NCBI GenBank assembly: GCA_963833985.1
Contig: CAWIAD010000002.1
Location: 4,000,001 to 4,064,000 of the forward strand
DNA: 64,000 bases
Direction: 5' to 3'
Source of the DNA: an uncultured Planctomycetaceae bacterium
Lineage (GTDB): Bacteria; Planctomycetota; Planctomycetia; Isosphaerales; Isosphaeraceae
The notes under the pieces are model-generated. The model searched no databases and had not been told where the DNA came from. It saw only the letters and a list, made by a program, of their open reading frames with translations. Shown piece by piece: positions 10,225 to 21,800 of this stretch. Every line of letters begins with the position of its first letter. Positions within the stretch are counted from its first letter, which is position 1. A program made the position numbers and the translations under genes.

Positions 10225-11965
10225 GGGTGTAAGACGCGGTTCGCGCCGCCCGAGGCCGGTGGTAGCATGTCAAGTCAAGTTTCCCAAATTGTCCGTCACC
10301 GGAAGTCCAAGGAGGGACCTGCTATGCCTTTCCGTAAGTCACCATCGATGGATCGCACCGGGGTCGAGCAGATGGCCAAAGGGTGGGGGAAAACTGTGGC
10401 GCAGACGGGTCCACGAAGAAGTTGGGCCTGACCTGGACCTCGATGCCGACGACATGGAACAAATGGCCATGACCGCGGCCTGTGCCGTGGCCAAGGGAAC
10501 CATCGAGGAACTCCTGAAGCAGAAAGCCTCCCTCTTGGGGGCCGAGCAGCCTTGTCCCAACTGCAAGCGGCTCTGTCCGGTGCAACGCAACGATCGAACC
10601 ATTGAATTCTGGGGAGGCAAGGTCACCTACGCCGAACCGAAGTGCCACTGCCCGGCATGTCGCCGGGATTTTTTTCCCTCAGCGTCCGGCCTTGCGCCTC
10701 ACGCCACATGACTACAGCCCTTCGGTGCTGCGCAAGATCGTCCGTTGCGGTGCCCGGGAGCCCTCCTTCCGGGAGGCGGCCGAGGCGATGGCGGAATTGG
10801 CCGAGGTGACCATCGGCAGTCGGCAGATCGGCCGCATCGCCCAGGAGGTCGGCCAACAATTGCAGGCCGAGAGAGATCAGCATGTGAGCGAACTTCAAGC
10901 CCATAAGCTCGAGCCGCGAGTCGAGACACGGCCGGCTCTGGCAGTGGTCGAGGTTGACGGCGGCCGGCTGCAGATTCGCGGCCAGGGGGAAGGGCCCGGT
11001 GCCCATGATGCGTCCTGGCGTGAGGACAAGATCGCGATTCTGGCCACCATGGCCAATGTCGTCTCGGACTGCGACCCGGAGCCGGAGTTGCCCGCCTGCT
11101 ACCGCGACCGGGGATACGTCGAGAAGCTTGTCGGCGGGATCAGCGGGTCGAGCTCGATGGGCCTACAGGAGGCCCCGGCGGAGAACATCGACGAAGCATC
11201 TCTGCCGTCCCCCGGGGATCGGTCCGAGCCGAGGGAAAGGCCCGAACTGGTGGTGCGGACTTACGTGGCGAGCACCTGCTCCAGCGAGCAATTCGGGCCG
11301 ATGGTGGCCGCGGAGGCGTGGCGACGCAATCTCATGAAAGCGGCTCATCGGGCGTTCCTGGGGGACGGCTCGGCCTGGATCTGGAAATTGCAGCAACGGC
11401 ATTTTCCGACCTTTCTGGCCATCGTTGATTTTCTCCACGCCCTGGGTCACCTGTTCGCGGCCGCCAAGGCTGCGGCGATCGAGACCGAAGGCCGCTGGGA
11501 GTTGTTCCAGGCATGGGCGGAGGCCTGCTGGAAGGGACGCGTGGGCCAGGTGATTGAGGAACTCCGTACCCTGCGAGATGCCCAGGCGTCCTTATCCGGA
11601 GACGAGCTCGAACGGCTGGCCGACGATGACCCGCGCAAGATCATCGCCCAAGAACTCGGCTACCTGGAGCATAATCGAGAGCGGATGGACTACCCTGCTT
11701 ATCGACGCGGGGGATTGCCGTGGACGAGCAGTCACGTGGAGTCGACCGTGAAGATCTTCAACCGGCGGGTCAAGGGGTCGGAGAAATTCTGGAGCGACGC
11801 CGGTGCCGAGACGATGCTTCAGCTTCGAGCGTCGTTCCTCTCGGAGGACGGACGCCTGGATCGGTACCTCAAAGAGAGGCCCAGCAGCCCCTTCCGCAAC
11901 TATAAAGCCAGGGAAACTGGGAAAGCGGCGTAGGACCTCAGAAAAACGAACCGTGTCTTACACCC
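10225..11965 (+). mobile_element. Complete insertion sequence, ISKra4/ISLre2-like
   Basis: Left end GGGTGTAAGACGCGGTTCG (10225); right end reverse complement GGGTGTAAGACACGGTTCG (ends 11965), 18/19 match; AACCGCAAC duplicated at 10216-10224 and 11966-11974. Confidence 0.92.
10324..11933 (+). CDS. ISKra4-like DDE transposase, split at about 10408 and at the T7 run 10669-10675
   Basis: AAGGAGG RBS before ATG 10324; CPNC...CPAC Zn motif, VEVDGG, LGDGSAWIW, VDFLHA, RMDYPAYRRGGLPWTSSHVES. Confidence 0.85.
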
Positions 11966-12174
11966 AACCGCAACCGCAGGACCGCATGCCTCCGCGCACG
12001 CTCCGGCCGTGGAGTCCTGTTCCATGCACGGGCCTGCTGGGCCAGCAATCATGACGGCTTGCCAAAGAGAGACCGGCGCGGTCGAATAGGGATTCGGTCA
12101 GAGAAGGCCGCGGCCGACGCCGTTCGCCTCTGCCCGCCCGAGTCGATCCGGATCCGATCGCTGTCACGGGATAC

Positions 12175-13692
12175 GTGCCCACCATGCCCCAGTCCGCGCT
12201 GGAGAGGTTTCGCGCTGCCTGCGGTCTGACCGTTCCACTGGCCCTGGAATGCCAGGACGCGGATGGCTCGGGCTTCGAGGTTCATCAGCTTGGACCTCCC
12301 TTCGCGCTCATTGGACGGGATCCGCGCTCCGATATCGTGCTGCACGGCTCGGAAGTGAGCCGGCTGCACGCCTACGTCCAGTCCATCGCCGGCGGCGTCT
12401 ACTGCATTGATCTGAACAGCCGGACACAACTGCGCTGGGATGACCGGGACGAGCCGGCGGTTTGCGGCTGGCTGGAGCCCGGCTCCTTGCTGCGCATTGG
12501 CCGCCACACCTTCCGCACGGAACAGACCGATGCCTTGCCGGAGCGCTCTGTCCCGCTGGACGACCCGTTCGCGCCCTGCTCCGACTCCGGTGTGGACGGC
12601 GTCCCGCTGCCGGCGGCCGGGCTGGAGTCGCCCATCCGGATGACCCAGCAGGACTCGCTCTGCCGGGTCGAGGGCCGCCTGGCCCTGATCGGCCGGTCCG
12701 ACTCGTGCCAGATCGTGCTGCGCGACGCCAGCGTATCGCGATTTCATGCCGCCCTGCTGCGCACCGCCAGCGGCGTGTGGATCGCGGATCTGCTGTCGCG
12801 CGAGGGGCTACGCATCAACGGCTTGCGGGTGCGCTGGGGCTGGCTGGAGGACGGCGACACGGTACGCATCGGGCAATTCACATTCGTCTTGCGGTACGAT
12901 GTGGTGCCGGACCTGATCCGCCGCGCCGATGTCCCGCTGGAAGCGGGCGTCTATGTCGAACCGGACGACTCCGCCGACGGTTCAGATTCCCGGCCCCGCC
13001 GCGCCCGGCACGGCACCGAGCTGGCTGTCCGCCCGGCACGCAAGCCGCCGGCCCCCTCGCGCCTGCCGGCAGGTGCCCCGCGCGCGCTGACCCCGGACGT
13101 CCTTGAGGCCGGCTCCGTCGAGCGCTGGCAAGCGGAGGCCGAGCTTCCTCCCGGGCAGCTTGCCATGTGGCAGCAACAAATGCAGATGATGGAGACCTTT
13201 CACAAGGAAATGATCCTCATGGTGCAGATGTTCATGGCGATGCACCGGGAACATCGCCAGACCATCCAGGACGAGCTTCAGAAGGTTCAGAAGCTCACCC
13301 GCAAGCTGGGGGCCTTGCAGGCGGACCTTGCCGGAACGGCGCAAGAGTCCAGCAACCACCAGGCCGCCAGCCGCGAGGGACCAGCGGCCTCTGCCCCGGC
13401 GAAGGGCCCGGCTCCCAGGTCCGCGACAGCTCCCGCAAGGCCTGCCCGTACGGGGGAGCGCGCGCGGGGCCCGTTCCCGGTCCCGGCCCCGGCCCCCGAG
13501 CCGGAAGCCGCGAGCGTGCGGCCGGCGGGCAGCCGTCCTGTCCCACCGGCCGAGGGCCAGGACCGCGAAGCAGCCGGTTCCGCGGCCCTAGGGGCCGTTG
13601 ATCTGCATTCCCAGCTCACCCAGCGCATCATGAAGCTGCAACGCGAACGCCAGGGATACTGGAAGCGCATCCTGAACGCCATCAACGGCTGA
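12175..13692 (+). CDS. Double FHA-domain protein with coiled-coil/Pro-rich C-terminus
   Basis: IGRDPRSDIVL..SEVSRLH..DLNS and IGRSDSCQIVLRDASVSRFH..DLLSREG..NG motifs. Confidence 0.88.
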   Translation: MPTMPQSALERFRAACGLTVPLALECQDADGSGFEVHQLGPPFALIGRDPRSDIVLHGSEVSRLHAYVQSIAGGVYCIDLNSRTQLRWDDRDEPAVCGWLEPGSLLRIGRHTFRTEQTDALPERSVPLDDPFAPCSDSGVDGVPLPAAGLESPIRMTQQDSLCRVEGRLALIGRSDSCQIVLRDASVSRFHAALLRTASGVWIADLLSREGLRINGLRVRWGWLEDGDTVRIGQFTFVLRYDVVPDLIRRADVPLEAGVYVEPDDSADGSDSRPRRARHGTELAVRPARKPPAPSRLPAGAPRALTPDVLEAGSVERWQAEAELPPGQLAMWQQQMQMMETFHKEMILMVQMFMAMHREHRQTIQDELQKVQKLTRKLGALQADLAGTAQESSNHQAASREGPAASAPAKGPAPRSATAPARPARTGERARGPFPVPAPAPEPEAASVRPAGSRPVPPAEGQDREAAGSAALGAVDLHSQLTQRIMKLQRERQGYWKRILNAING

Positions 13693-13717
13693 TCCGGGCA
13701 GCCCACCACCTCTTATT

Positions 13718-13911
13718 GACAGGCAAGAATGCCTGTCCTCCCCTTCCACTGCCACTGCCACTGCCCGCTGCCGCCCTGGTGGGCCTCGCCTGCGGCTCGA
13801 CCCACCCTACAAACTCGACAGGCAAGAATGCCTGTCCTCCCCTTCCACTGCCACTGCCACTGCCCGCTGCCGCCCTGGTGGGCCTCGCCTGCGGCTCGAC
13901 CCACCCTACAA
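13718..13911. repeat. 99-bp tandem duplication combining two REP-like palindromes
   Basis: Unit starts at 13718 and 13817; contains the palindrome GACAGGCAAGAATGCCTGTC, CCACTG x3, and minus-strand GTAGGGTGGGTCGAGCCGCAGGCGAGGCCCACC. Confidence 0.88.
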
Positions 13912-13934
13912 CTGCCACTGCCCTCTGCTCCGAT

Positions 13935-14972
13935 TCAACCGCGTGCCGCGTGGATGAGCCGCTGGATCGCCGGCGGAGTCACCTTCTTGAGCCGCTGCCG
14001 GATCTTCTTCATCCTGGACCATTCCGCCGTGACCCATGAGGGCACCCGGTGCCGCTCCTGGCGGGGAATGGTCTGGATCGTCAGGTCCCGCACGCGGCGG
14101 GCCGTCGCGGGTGTCGTTCCCCAGTCGCCCGCGCACGTCGTGGCCCAGTTCAGCAGATGTATGCGATTGGGAACCGAGATCGTGCGTACCGTATCCTGGA
14201 AACGGTCTTCCCAGTCGTCGGGAAGTTGCGGCAGGAAGCGCTCGAAGAAAGCGGCCAGCAGGCGCCACTGCCTGCGCTGGTCGTCCCGATTGCGCTCCAT
14301 CACGCGGCTGACCTGGTGCTCATGGGCGCGGTGGAACGCGGCGATCCAGGGATCGACGGCCAGGCGCCCTTCCGTCAGCAGCGCGGCCATGAGGATGTTT
14401 TCGTTGAACAGGTCGCAATCCGGCAGCAGGTGACTGACCGCACGCCGCAGCGCGTCGGTCCGGAAGGCCACGTTCGGAAAGGTGGCGATGTTGATGATGT
14501 GCAGCAGCGGGGCCACGGCGGGCCCGTCCAGCAAGGAGACCGAGCCGCCCATCCAGTCCAGCTCGAACATGGGCCCGACGACGGGCGACCAGTGGACCGA
14601 GGTCGGCGAATGGTCGTGCAGGGCGAACGCGGCATAGTACACGATGTCCGGCGCCCGGGCGAACGATTCCAGGGCGCGCCGGACAAAGTCCCGGTGGATC
14701 AGATCGTCGTCCTGGAGCCAGCTGAAGTACTCTCCCTGCGCTAGTTCAAGGGCCCTCACGAAGTTCGGCCACATGCCGATATTCTGCTCGTTGCGGTGAT
14801 AGCGCACCCGTTCGCCGAACGAGCGCACCACCTCCTCTGTGGCGTCCGGCGAGGCGTCATCGCTGACCACGATTTCATAGTCGCTGGCGGACTGCCCGAG
14901 CGCCGAGTTCAAGGACTGGCGCAGCAGGTCGCAGCGCTTGTAGGTAGGCATCCCGATCGTGAAACGAGGCAT
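13935..14972 (-). CDS. Glycosyltransferase family 2
   Basis: IGMPTYKR, VSDDASPD, GEYFSWLQDDD. Confidence 0.9.
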   Translation of the reverse strand: MPRFTIGMPTYKRCDLLRQSLNSALGQSASDYEIVVSDDASPDATEEVVRSFGERVRYHRNEQNIGMWPNFVRALELAQGEYFSWLQDDDLIHRDFVRRALESFARAPDIVYYAAFALHDHSPTSVHWSPVVGPMFELDWMGGSVSLLDGPAVAPLLHIINIATFPNVAFRTDALRRAVSHLLPDCDLFNENILMAALLTEGRLAVDPWIAAFHRAHEHQVSRVMERNRDDQRRQWRLLAAFFERFLPQLPDDWEDRFQDTVRTISVPNRIHLLNWATTCAGDWGTTPATARRVRDLTIQTIPRQERHRVPSWVTAEWSRMKKIRQRLKKVTPPAIQRLIHAARG

Positions 14973-15047
14973 GTCCTGGTGAGTCCTGGTGAGTCCTGGG
15001 CTGGGCCCCGGACCATGAGCCCGACCGGTCGCGACCCGGAAGCCTGG

Positions 15048-15842
15048 CTAGCCCCGGGCCAGGTTGCCGCCCAGATGTGCAATTTTCCGGACCGCCTTGC
15101 GGACCAGGCCCGGTGAGAAGACCTTGCTTGCCGCCTCGTATGTCAACTGCGAACCGGCGGTGATCACGAGGTCTCCGGATCGGGGCTGCGGTGCCAGCAT
15201 GGCCATCGCCAGCCCGCCCCAGAGCTGGCCGCGGAACTGCGGGTGCGTGTTCACTCCCCCGGCGACAAGATCCAGCTCTATTCTATGCACGTACGGGCAT
15301 GACGGCCAGTCCGCCGCTTTCAGGCCCCGGCGCACGCCCGGGTTGAAGCTGTCGTGCATCACGATGCACAGCCGCCGGGTCGGTCTGAACTTGAGCAGGC
15401 TGTTCACGTCGGCGCGGACTCCCTCGGTCGTGTGATCCCCGTCAACGAGCACGAACTCCAGCGGTGCATCCTGCTGCTGCAAGCGGCCCAGCAGCGCCGG
15501 CAGCGTCTCGTCCGACCGGCCGATCAGGTATTCCACATTGGGGAAACGCCCGCCGAGTCGCTGTGTGACGCCCGCGTCCATGTCCAGCGAATAGACCCGT
15601 CCGCAATGCCGCGCCAGGATCTGGAGCGAACCTCCGAACCGGGTGCCGATCTCGATGGCCACCGCGGGACGCAGGTGCTCCAGCAGGTACAGGATCATCG
15701 CCTGCTCCGACGGGCTCATCTGCCATTCCAGCGCCGGGTCGGTCCGCGCCAGCTCGTGAAGTAAAGCGTCCCACGACACGCCTGGAACCTCGTTGCCGCG
15801 CTGGCCCTTGTCGTCGCCGTTGCCGTCGCTGCTGCCTGCCAC
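15048..15842 (-). CDS. Class I SAM-dependent methyltransferase (Methyltransf_24-like)
   Basis: AIEIGTRFGGS, FVLVDGDH, IVMHD. Confidence 0.85.
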   Translation of the reverse strand: MAGSSDGNGDDKGQRGNEVPGVSWDALLHELARTDPALEWQMSPSEQAMILYLLEHLRPAVAIEIGTRFGGSLQILARHCGRVYSLDMDAGVTQRLGGRFPNVEYLIGRSDETLPALLGRLQQQDAPLEFVLVDGDHTTEGVRADVNSLLKFRPTRRLCIVMHDSFNPGVRRGLKAADWPSCPYVHRIELDLVAGGVNTHPQFRGQLWGGLAMAMLAPQPRSGDLVITAGSQLTYEAASKVFSPGLVRKAVRKIAHLGGNLARG

Positions 15843-15945
15843 GTGCCTGACTCCTGATCGGGGGTGAAATCTCGTAATGGGATCAGATTCTATCAGACTT
15901 GCGTTGCATCTGGCATTGTTGATGCCGCTCCGATCTTGCCGGCGC

Positions 15946-17665
15946 TCACGGTGCCAGCCGCTCCAGCTCCTGGCCGATGGTGGCCATGAGCGGGGCGATC
16001 AGGTTCTCGTCGAAACCGAACCGCGTGCCGGCCGCCGCGAAGAGCTCGGGAAGCGGGCGCGCGCCGCCCAGCGCCAGGGCGCGGCGATAGCTGGCCACGG
16101 CCCCGGCTCGGTCCGTGAGCGACCGCTGCCAGAGCTGAAGCGCCAAGCTGTGCGATGCCGTACTCGATGTAGTAGAATGGATACAGGAATATGTGCAGTT
16201 GCCGATGCCATGAGTGGTCGCGCGCATCCTCGTATCCCGACCAGTCGACGATGCCTCCGAACCGGGCGATGAGCGATCGCCAGGCTTCCCTGCGGTCCTG
16301 CCGCGTATGGCCCGGATGGTTGTAGATCCAGTGCTGGAAGGCATCGACCGTGGCGATCCAGGGCAGGATCAGCACGATCCCTTCCAGCAGCTTGCGGTTG
16401 GAGCGGTCGGCGTCGGCCGCCTCGTAGAACGGGCCCAGGTTCCGCGCCCCGAAGAGCTCCATGGTCATGGAGGCGACCTCGCAGAACTCCAGCGGGCTTT
16501 CCCGGTACGCGGCCAGCGGCTCGCCCCGGCTGGCCAGGGTGTGGAAGGCGTGGCCGCCCTCGTGCAGCAGCGTCCGCACGTCGCCGTCCAGGCCCACGGC
16601 GTTCATGAAGATGAACGGCAGCCGCTCGTCCTCGAACGTCGTCTGGTAGCCCCCGGGCGCCTTCCCCTTGCGATTGGCCAGGTCGAGCAGCTTGTGGGTT
16701 CGCAGGAACGCGAACTGGGCACCGAGCTCCGGGTCCACCTCGCGGAAGATGGTCTCGGCCCCCTCGGCCAGCCGCGCCACGTCCTGGAACGGCCGCAGCG
16801 GCGCACGGCCCAGCGCATCCACGGCCGTGTCCCAGGGCCGCAGCTCCGCCACGCCCAGCGTCTGCTGGTGCTGCTGCTGAATGCGCCGGGCCAGCGGCAC
16901 CACCGCCTGCTCCACCGCCGCGTGAAACTGGAGCGCCTCCTTGATCCCGTAATCAAACCGCTCGCGCTGGCGGAACGCGAAATCGACGTAACTGCCGAAG
17001 CCCGCCTCCCGCGCCACCTCGATGCGCAGGGCCATCATCTGGTCGAAGAGGCCGTCCAGCGCGTCCCGGTCCTGCAACCGCCGGCTGGCCGAAAGCTCCC
17101 ACGCGGCCTGGCGGACGCCGCGGTCGGTCTCCTCCAGAAATGGTGCCATCTGGGCCAGCGTCCGCTCCGCTCCCTGGAACTGGACCGTCATCGCCCCCAT
17201 CATCTTCTGATACTGCTGCTCCAGCTCGGCAAGCTGGGTCTCGCGGGGGATGTTGTCCTCGCGATAGAGCGCCCGGCGGTTCTCCAGCGCCCGGTTGAAC
17301 ACCGCATACCGGCCGGCATCGAGCGCGGCGCGGAAGGGTGAATCCAGGTAGCGGTTCCGCACCTCGTTCTGAAGCGGCTTCAGCTTCGGTTCGATGTCCC
17401 GGATGAAGCTCAGGTACGACGCTTCCCGCGCGGGGTCGTCGGTCTGGCAGGTCATGGCCACGTAGCGCTTCGCACTCTCTTGCCCCACGGCGGCATTCAG
17501 CTCCCCGGCCGCCGTCAGCCAGCGCTCCAGGTCGGCGGCCGATGCGATGGGTATGGCCAGCAGCTTTCGGAACCAGGGTTCAATCTGCTCCCAGGTCGTG
17601 AACTCGACCTGCTCGGGGAGCCACTGATGCGGAAACGTCTCGGGAACATAATTCGAAGATGCCAT
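15946..17665 (-). CDS. M3 family oligoendopeptidase (PepF-like; frameshift near 16140)
   Basis: GKAPGGY, LLHEGGHAFH, EFCEVASM, PFYYIEYGIAQLG, then ALQLW...LALGG in the adjacent frame. Confidence 0.9.
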
Positions 17666-17677
17666 GTCTTTCGCCTA

Positions 17678-17977
17678 TCAGAGGACCGCCTGGACCAGCC
17701 AGGCCCCGATGAACAGCCAGATGGACATGATCGTGGTGGCGATGATCAGCACCAAGGTGGTCGCCGCCAACGCCTGCCCGTGCTCGAAAAGGCCGCGCGC
17801 CATGCCGATGGCGCCAATCGTCTGAAACAGCGCCATCACGGCCGTGGTTCCCAGCACCACCTCTCCCAGCGCGGTGATGAAGACGATGAGCGCAATCCGC
17901 CCCACCGTATCGCGGACGATGGCCAGGATGATCCCCGCGAACAGGACGAACAGGACGAGGTGCCACAACCTCATCAA
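17678..17977 (-). CDS. Small integral membrane protein of unknown function
   Basis: 99 aa with three hydrophobic segments, stop 12 bp upstream of the peptidase start. Confidence 0.7.
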   Translation of the reverse strand: MMRLWHLVLFVLFAGIILAIVRDTVGRIALIVFITALGEVVLGTTAVMALFQTIGAIGMARGLFEHGQALAATTLVLIIATTIMSIWLFIGAWLVQAVL

Positions 17978-18188
17978 CGCTGATCCTCACCACACCACAC
18001 CACCGAAGTTTCCAGGGGCAGCCGAGCCGATCCCGACGCAGGCAACCCTCGCCCGATCGCGGGCCGACGCGGAACCGCTGAATCATCTCCGGATGCCACG
18101 TTTGCTGTCAATCGCCCGCCCGGATCAAAGCCTTGTTCGACCCGTTCTCTGCTCGCGAAGGAACGGGCCAGAACAAGTGAATCTCCTG

Positions 18189-18432
18189 GTAGGGTGTGCC
18201 CAGCACAGCGACAACGCACCGATGGTTGCGGTGATGGTTGCGTACGACGCCACACATGGAGCCCGCGACGAACGCCACCGTTGCGCGAGCGCCATGGACT
18301 CCGCGGCAGATGGCCACGTGCGTGAGCGCGTGGTTTTCACGGACGCGGCCTCCAACCTCGGGCGTGAGCCCGACCAGTGAGGAAGCCCGTGCCGCAAACC
18401 GGTGCGTCGGCGCTCCGCTGGGCACATCCTAC
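18189..18432. repeat. Inverted pair of GTAG-type REP elements (REPIN-like)
   Basis: GTAGGGTGTGCCCAGCACAGCGACAACGCACC at 18189-18220 and reverse-complement GTAGGATGTGCCCAGCGGAGCGCCGACGCACC at 18401-18432. Confidence 0.8.
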
Positions 18433-18694
18433 GGTTAGAAACGGACCAGAACGGCTCGGGCGAGGGCCAGGCATATGCGAGGAACTCGATGTCTGCGTCA
18501 CCCCAGAGGTAGACTGGATGTGCAACGATCCGCGGCGCGGTATAGAGTGGTCCTGAGGTCGGCACATCGATCACCACGCATGATACCGATCGGGCCCCCG
18601 GAGCGCATGAGGGCGGCCCCGGTGATCCCGTCTCCGTTTTCCGGTCCTGCTTTCGGGCCGGCGCGGATAGAGGGTATGAGGGCTGTCATCTCAG

Positions 18695-18800
18695 GCCGAG
18701 GTGCTGGGGATCCGCCAGGAGGCTGGAGCCAGATGCGGCTTCCGTGGCCTCGAACGACGGAAAGATGTGCTCTCGACCATGTCGGGCGCGGAGAGGAGCG
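18695..18800 (+). pseudogene. Remnant of the 3' end (region 4.2) of an ECF sigma factor
   Basis: AEVLGIRQEAGARCGFRGLERRKDVLSTMSG resembles the A.VLGI..EA..KRY.RAL.RLK..L..M.G C-terminus of planctomycete kinase-linked ECF sigma factors; lies directly before the kinase start. Confidence 0.6.
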
Positions 18801-18807
18801 GTGAACC

Positions 18808-21800
18808 ATGGCGATGTCGACGTCGAGCGGACCGGCCGACTACGCGCTCTTTGATGAGCTGGCCGAGGAATTTGCCGAGCGGTATCGCCGCGGTGAGCGG
18901 CCGCCGCTTCAGGAATACGTCGACCGTTGCCCGGCGCTGGGCGACGAGATCCGCGAGCTCTTCCCCGCACTGGTGAGGGTGGAGCAGGCCGAGGAGGTGC
19001 TCGAAGGCGAGCCCGAGCCAGCGGCCTCGTCCTCGATTCCCGCGCTGCGGCAGGTGGGCGACTACCGGGTGATCCGCGAGGTCGGCCGCGGGGGCATGGG
19101 TGTCGTGTACGAGGCCGAGCAGGTCTCGCTTGGCCGCCGGGTCGCCCTCAAGATCCTGCCCGGCGTCGTGGCCACGGACCGCAAGGCACTGGAGCGATTT
19201 CGCCGCGAGGCGCGGGCCGCGGCACGGCTGCACCACACCAATATTGTGCCCGTTTTTGAAGTCGGCCAGGATGGCGAGGTCGTCTTCTACGCCATGCAGT
19301 TCATCCAGGGCCAGGGGCTGGAGGTGGTCATCGATGAGCTGGCGCAGCAGCGCCGGGGGTCGGGCCACGAGTCCCCCGCGCCGGTCGCCGCAGAAGCCAG
19401 GCAGCCAGGGCCGGACCGCCCGGGCATCACCGAATCCGGGCCAATCGGCAAGTCGTCCAATGGACAGGCTTCGCGGCCGGTTCGCGACCACACCGAGGCC
19501 CTTGTCGCATCTCTGCGGGCGCGTGAGGTCAGCCGCATGGCGCGGTCGCTCGTGACCGGGACGTTCGCGCCCGAGATCGTCGAACCCGACCCGGCCGGCT
19601 CTGCGAATGGCATCAGCTCGTCGGCTGTGCGGGCCTCCCACCCCAGCACCGTGGAGCCTCTGTCCTCGCCCGGCTCATCGGCGATATCGGCCATGCTCAC
19701 GGGCGGCGGGACGCCGGTTTCGGGGTTCGGGTCACCGGGTCGCCGGCTGCCCTTCTTCCGGAGCGTCGCCCAGATCGGCCGTCAGGCCGCGCAGGGACTG
19801 GCCTACGCTCATGCGCGGGGCATCACACACCGCGACATCAAGCCGTCGAACCTGCTGCTCGATACCGCGGGTGTGGTCTGGATCGCCGACTTCGGGCTGG
19901 CCAAGGCCGACGACGACAACCTGACGGCCACCGGCGACCTTCTGGGCACCCTGCGCTACATGGCTCCGGAGCGGTTTCGCGGCGAGGGAGACGTCCGGGC
20001 CGACGTCTACGCGCTGGGCCTGACGCTCTACGAGCTGCTCACCCTGCGCCCCGCTTTCCAGTCGTCGGACCGGCTGCGGATGATCGAGCGGATCAAGAAC
20101 GAGGAGCCCGCGAGCCCGCGCACGGTGGACAGCCGGGTCCCCCGCGACCTCGAGACCATCGTCCTGAAGGCCATCGACAAGGACCCCGAGCGCCGCTACC
20201 AGACGGCCGATGCCATGGCGGAGGACCTGCGGCGCTTTCTCGACGACGAGCCCGTGCTGGCGCGGCGGACGACCGCGCTGGAGCGCTACGCCCGCTGGGC
20301 ACGGCACAATCCCGGGGTTGCCGTCCTCGGGGGGGTGCTGACCGCCGTGCTCGTGCTCGCCACGGCGCTCTCCTCGATCGCGGCAGGGAACATGAGCCGG
20401 CTGGCCGCCGAGCGGGGAGAGGCCGCGCAGGCCGCGGAACTGGCACGCGGTCAGGAAGCGGCTCAGAGAGCCCTGGCCCAGAAAGCTCAGCACCTGGCCG
20501 AGGCCAACTTCGCCAAGGCCTGCCAGGCCGTGGATGAGTCGTTCACCAGGATCAGCGAGAGCCGGCTCCTGGCCGTCCCCGGCATGCAGCCGCTGCGACG
20601 CGAACTGCTCTCCTCCGCCCTCGGCTTTTACGAGGACTTCGTCCGGGACCATGGCGACGACCCGGCCGTGCGCGCCGGCCTGGCCTTCGCCTGGCTGCGG
20701 GTGGGCACGATCCGCCGTGAACTGGGTGAGGAGCCGTCGGCCCAGGAAGCCTACGGCAGGGCCCAGGCGCTCTTCCTGCCGCTCGTGCAGGCGAACCCGG
20801 CAGATCCCGAGCTCTCCGACGGCCTCGCCCAGGCGCTCTCGAGGCTTGGCCGTCAGGACGCGGCGATCGCAATCTGGCAGCGTCTGGTGGTGCCTGGCCA
20901 GCCAAGGTTTCAGCGCGATCTTGCCCTCGCTTACGACAGCTCGGCAATCCTGGAGCAGAGCGATCCGGTCAAGCAGCTCGACCTGTACCAGAAATCCCTC
21001 TCCATCCGCGAGCGGCTGGTCACGCTCGATCCGGATGATCCCATCGCGCACCGCGACCTGGGCGACACGCTCAACAACATCGCCGCCGTGCTGCACGGCA
21101 TGGGCCAGCTCGAACAGGCGCTGGCGCTCTACCAGAGGGCCGTCGAACAGCTCGAAATCGCCTTCGCCCGGGCGCCCAACGACTGGCAGACGGGCCGCTC
21201 CTTATCGCGCACGCTGTCCGACGGCGCGAAGAAGGAGGCCATGCTCGGCCACCTGGACGAGTCCTGGAAATTGCACAGGCGCTGCATCGAACTGAGCCAG
21301 ACCATCGCCCAGGACAATCCGTCGGTCCCCTCGCTCCAGTCCGCGGTTGTGGAGGCATTCCGGGCTTACATTTTTGATCTGAACGAACACGGACTGAACC
21401 ACGAGGTCAGGGAGGCGGTCCGTGAGGCCAGCGACTGGATTGAACGGCTTCCCCGCCAGGGCGCCGAGAGGCTCTTCGATCTCGCCTGCGCGGGCCGAGT
21501 GCTCCACATGGTCCGCCGAGCCGGCCGTTCGCACGCGTGAGGCCGACCTCGCGATGACCGCCCTGCGCCAGGCCGTGGCCGCCGGTTTCGCCGATCTCGA
21601 TCGGCTGGAGAAGGAACCGCGATGGCTTTCCCTGCGTGCCCGGACGGATTTCAAGGCACTGGTGACGAAGCTGCGCGAGACGGCCAGCCGCAGCACGTCA
21701 ACCGAGAAGGCCCGGATCGATCAGCCGGCCTCGACCGCTTCGCCGGGAGGACTGCCAGCGGCCGGCCCGGTGACCTCCGCGCAGGCCCAGCAAAACCAGT

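Noticed and set aside
17974..18577. Overlapping ORFs 18125..18577, 18108..18425 and 17844..18380
   Set aside because: No recognisable motifs; they overlap a REP doublet and are probably non-coding.
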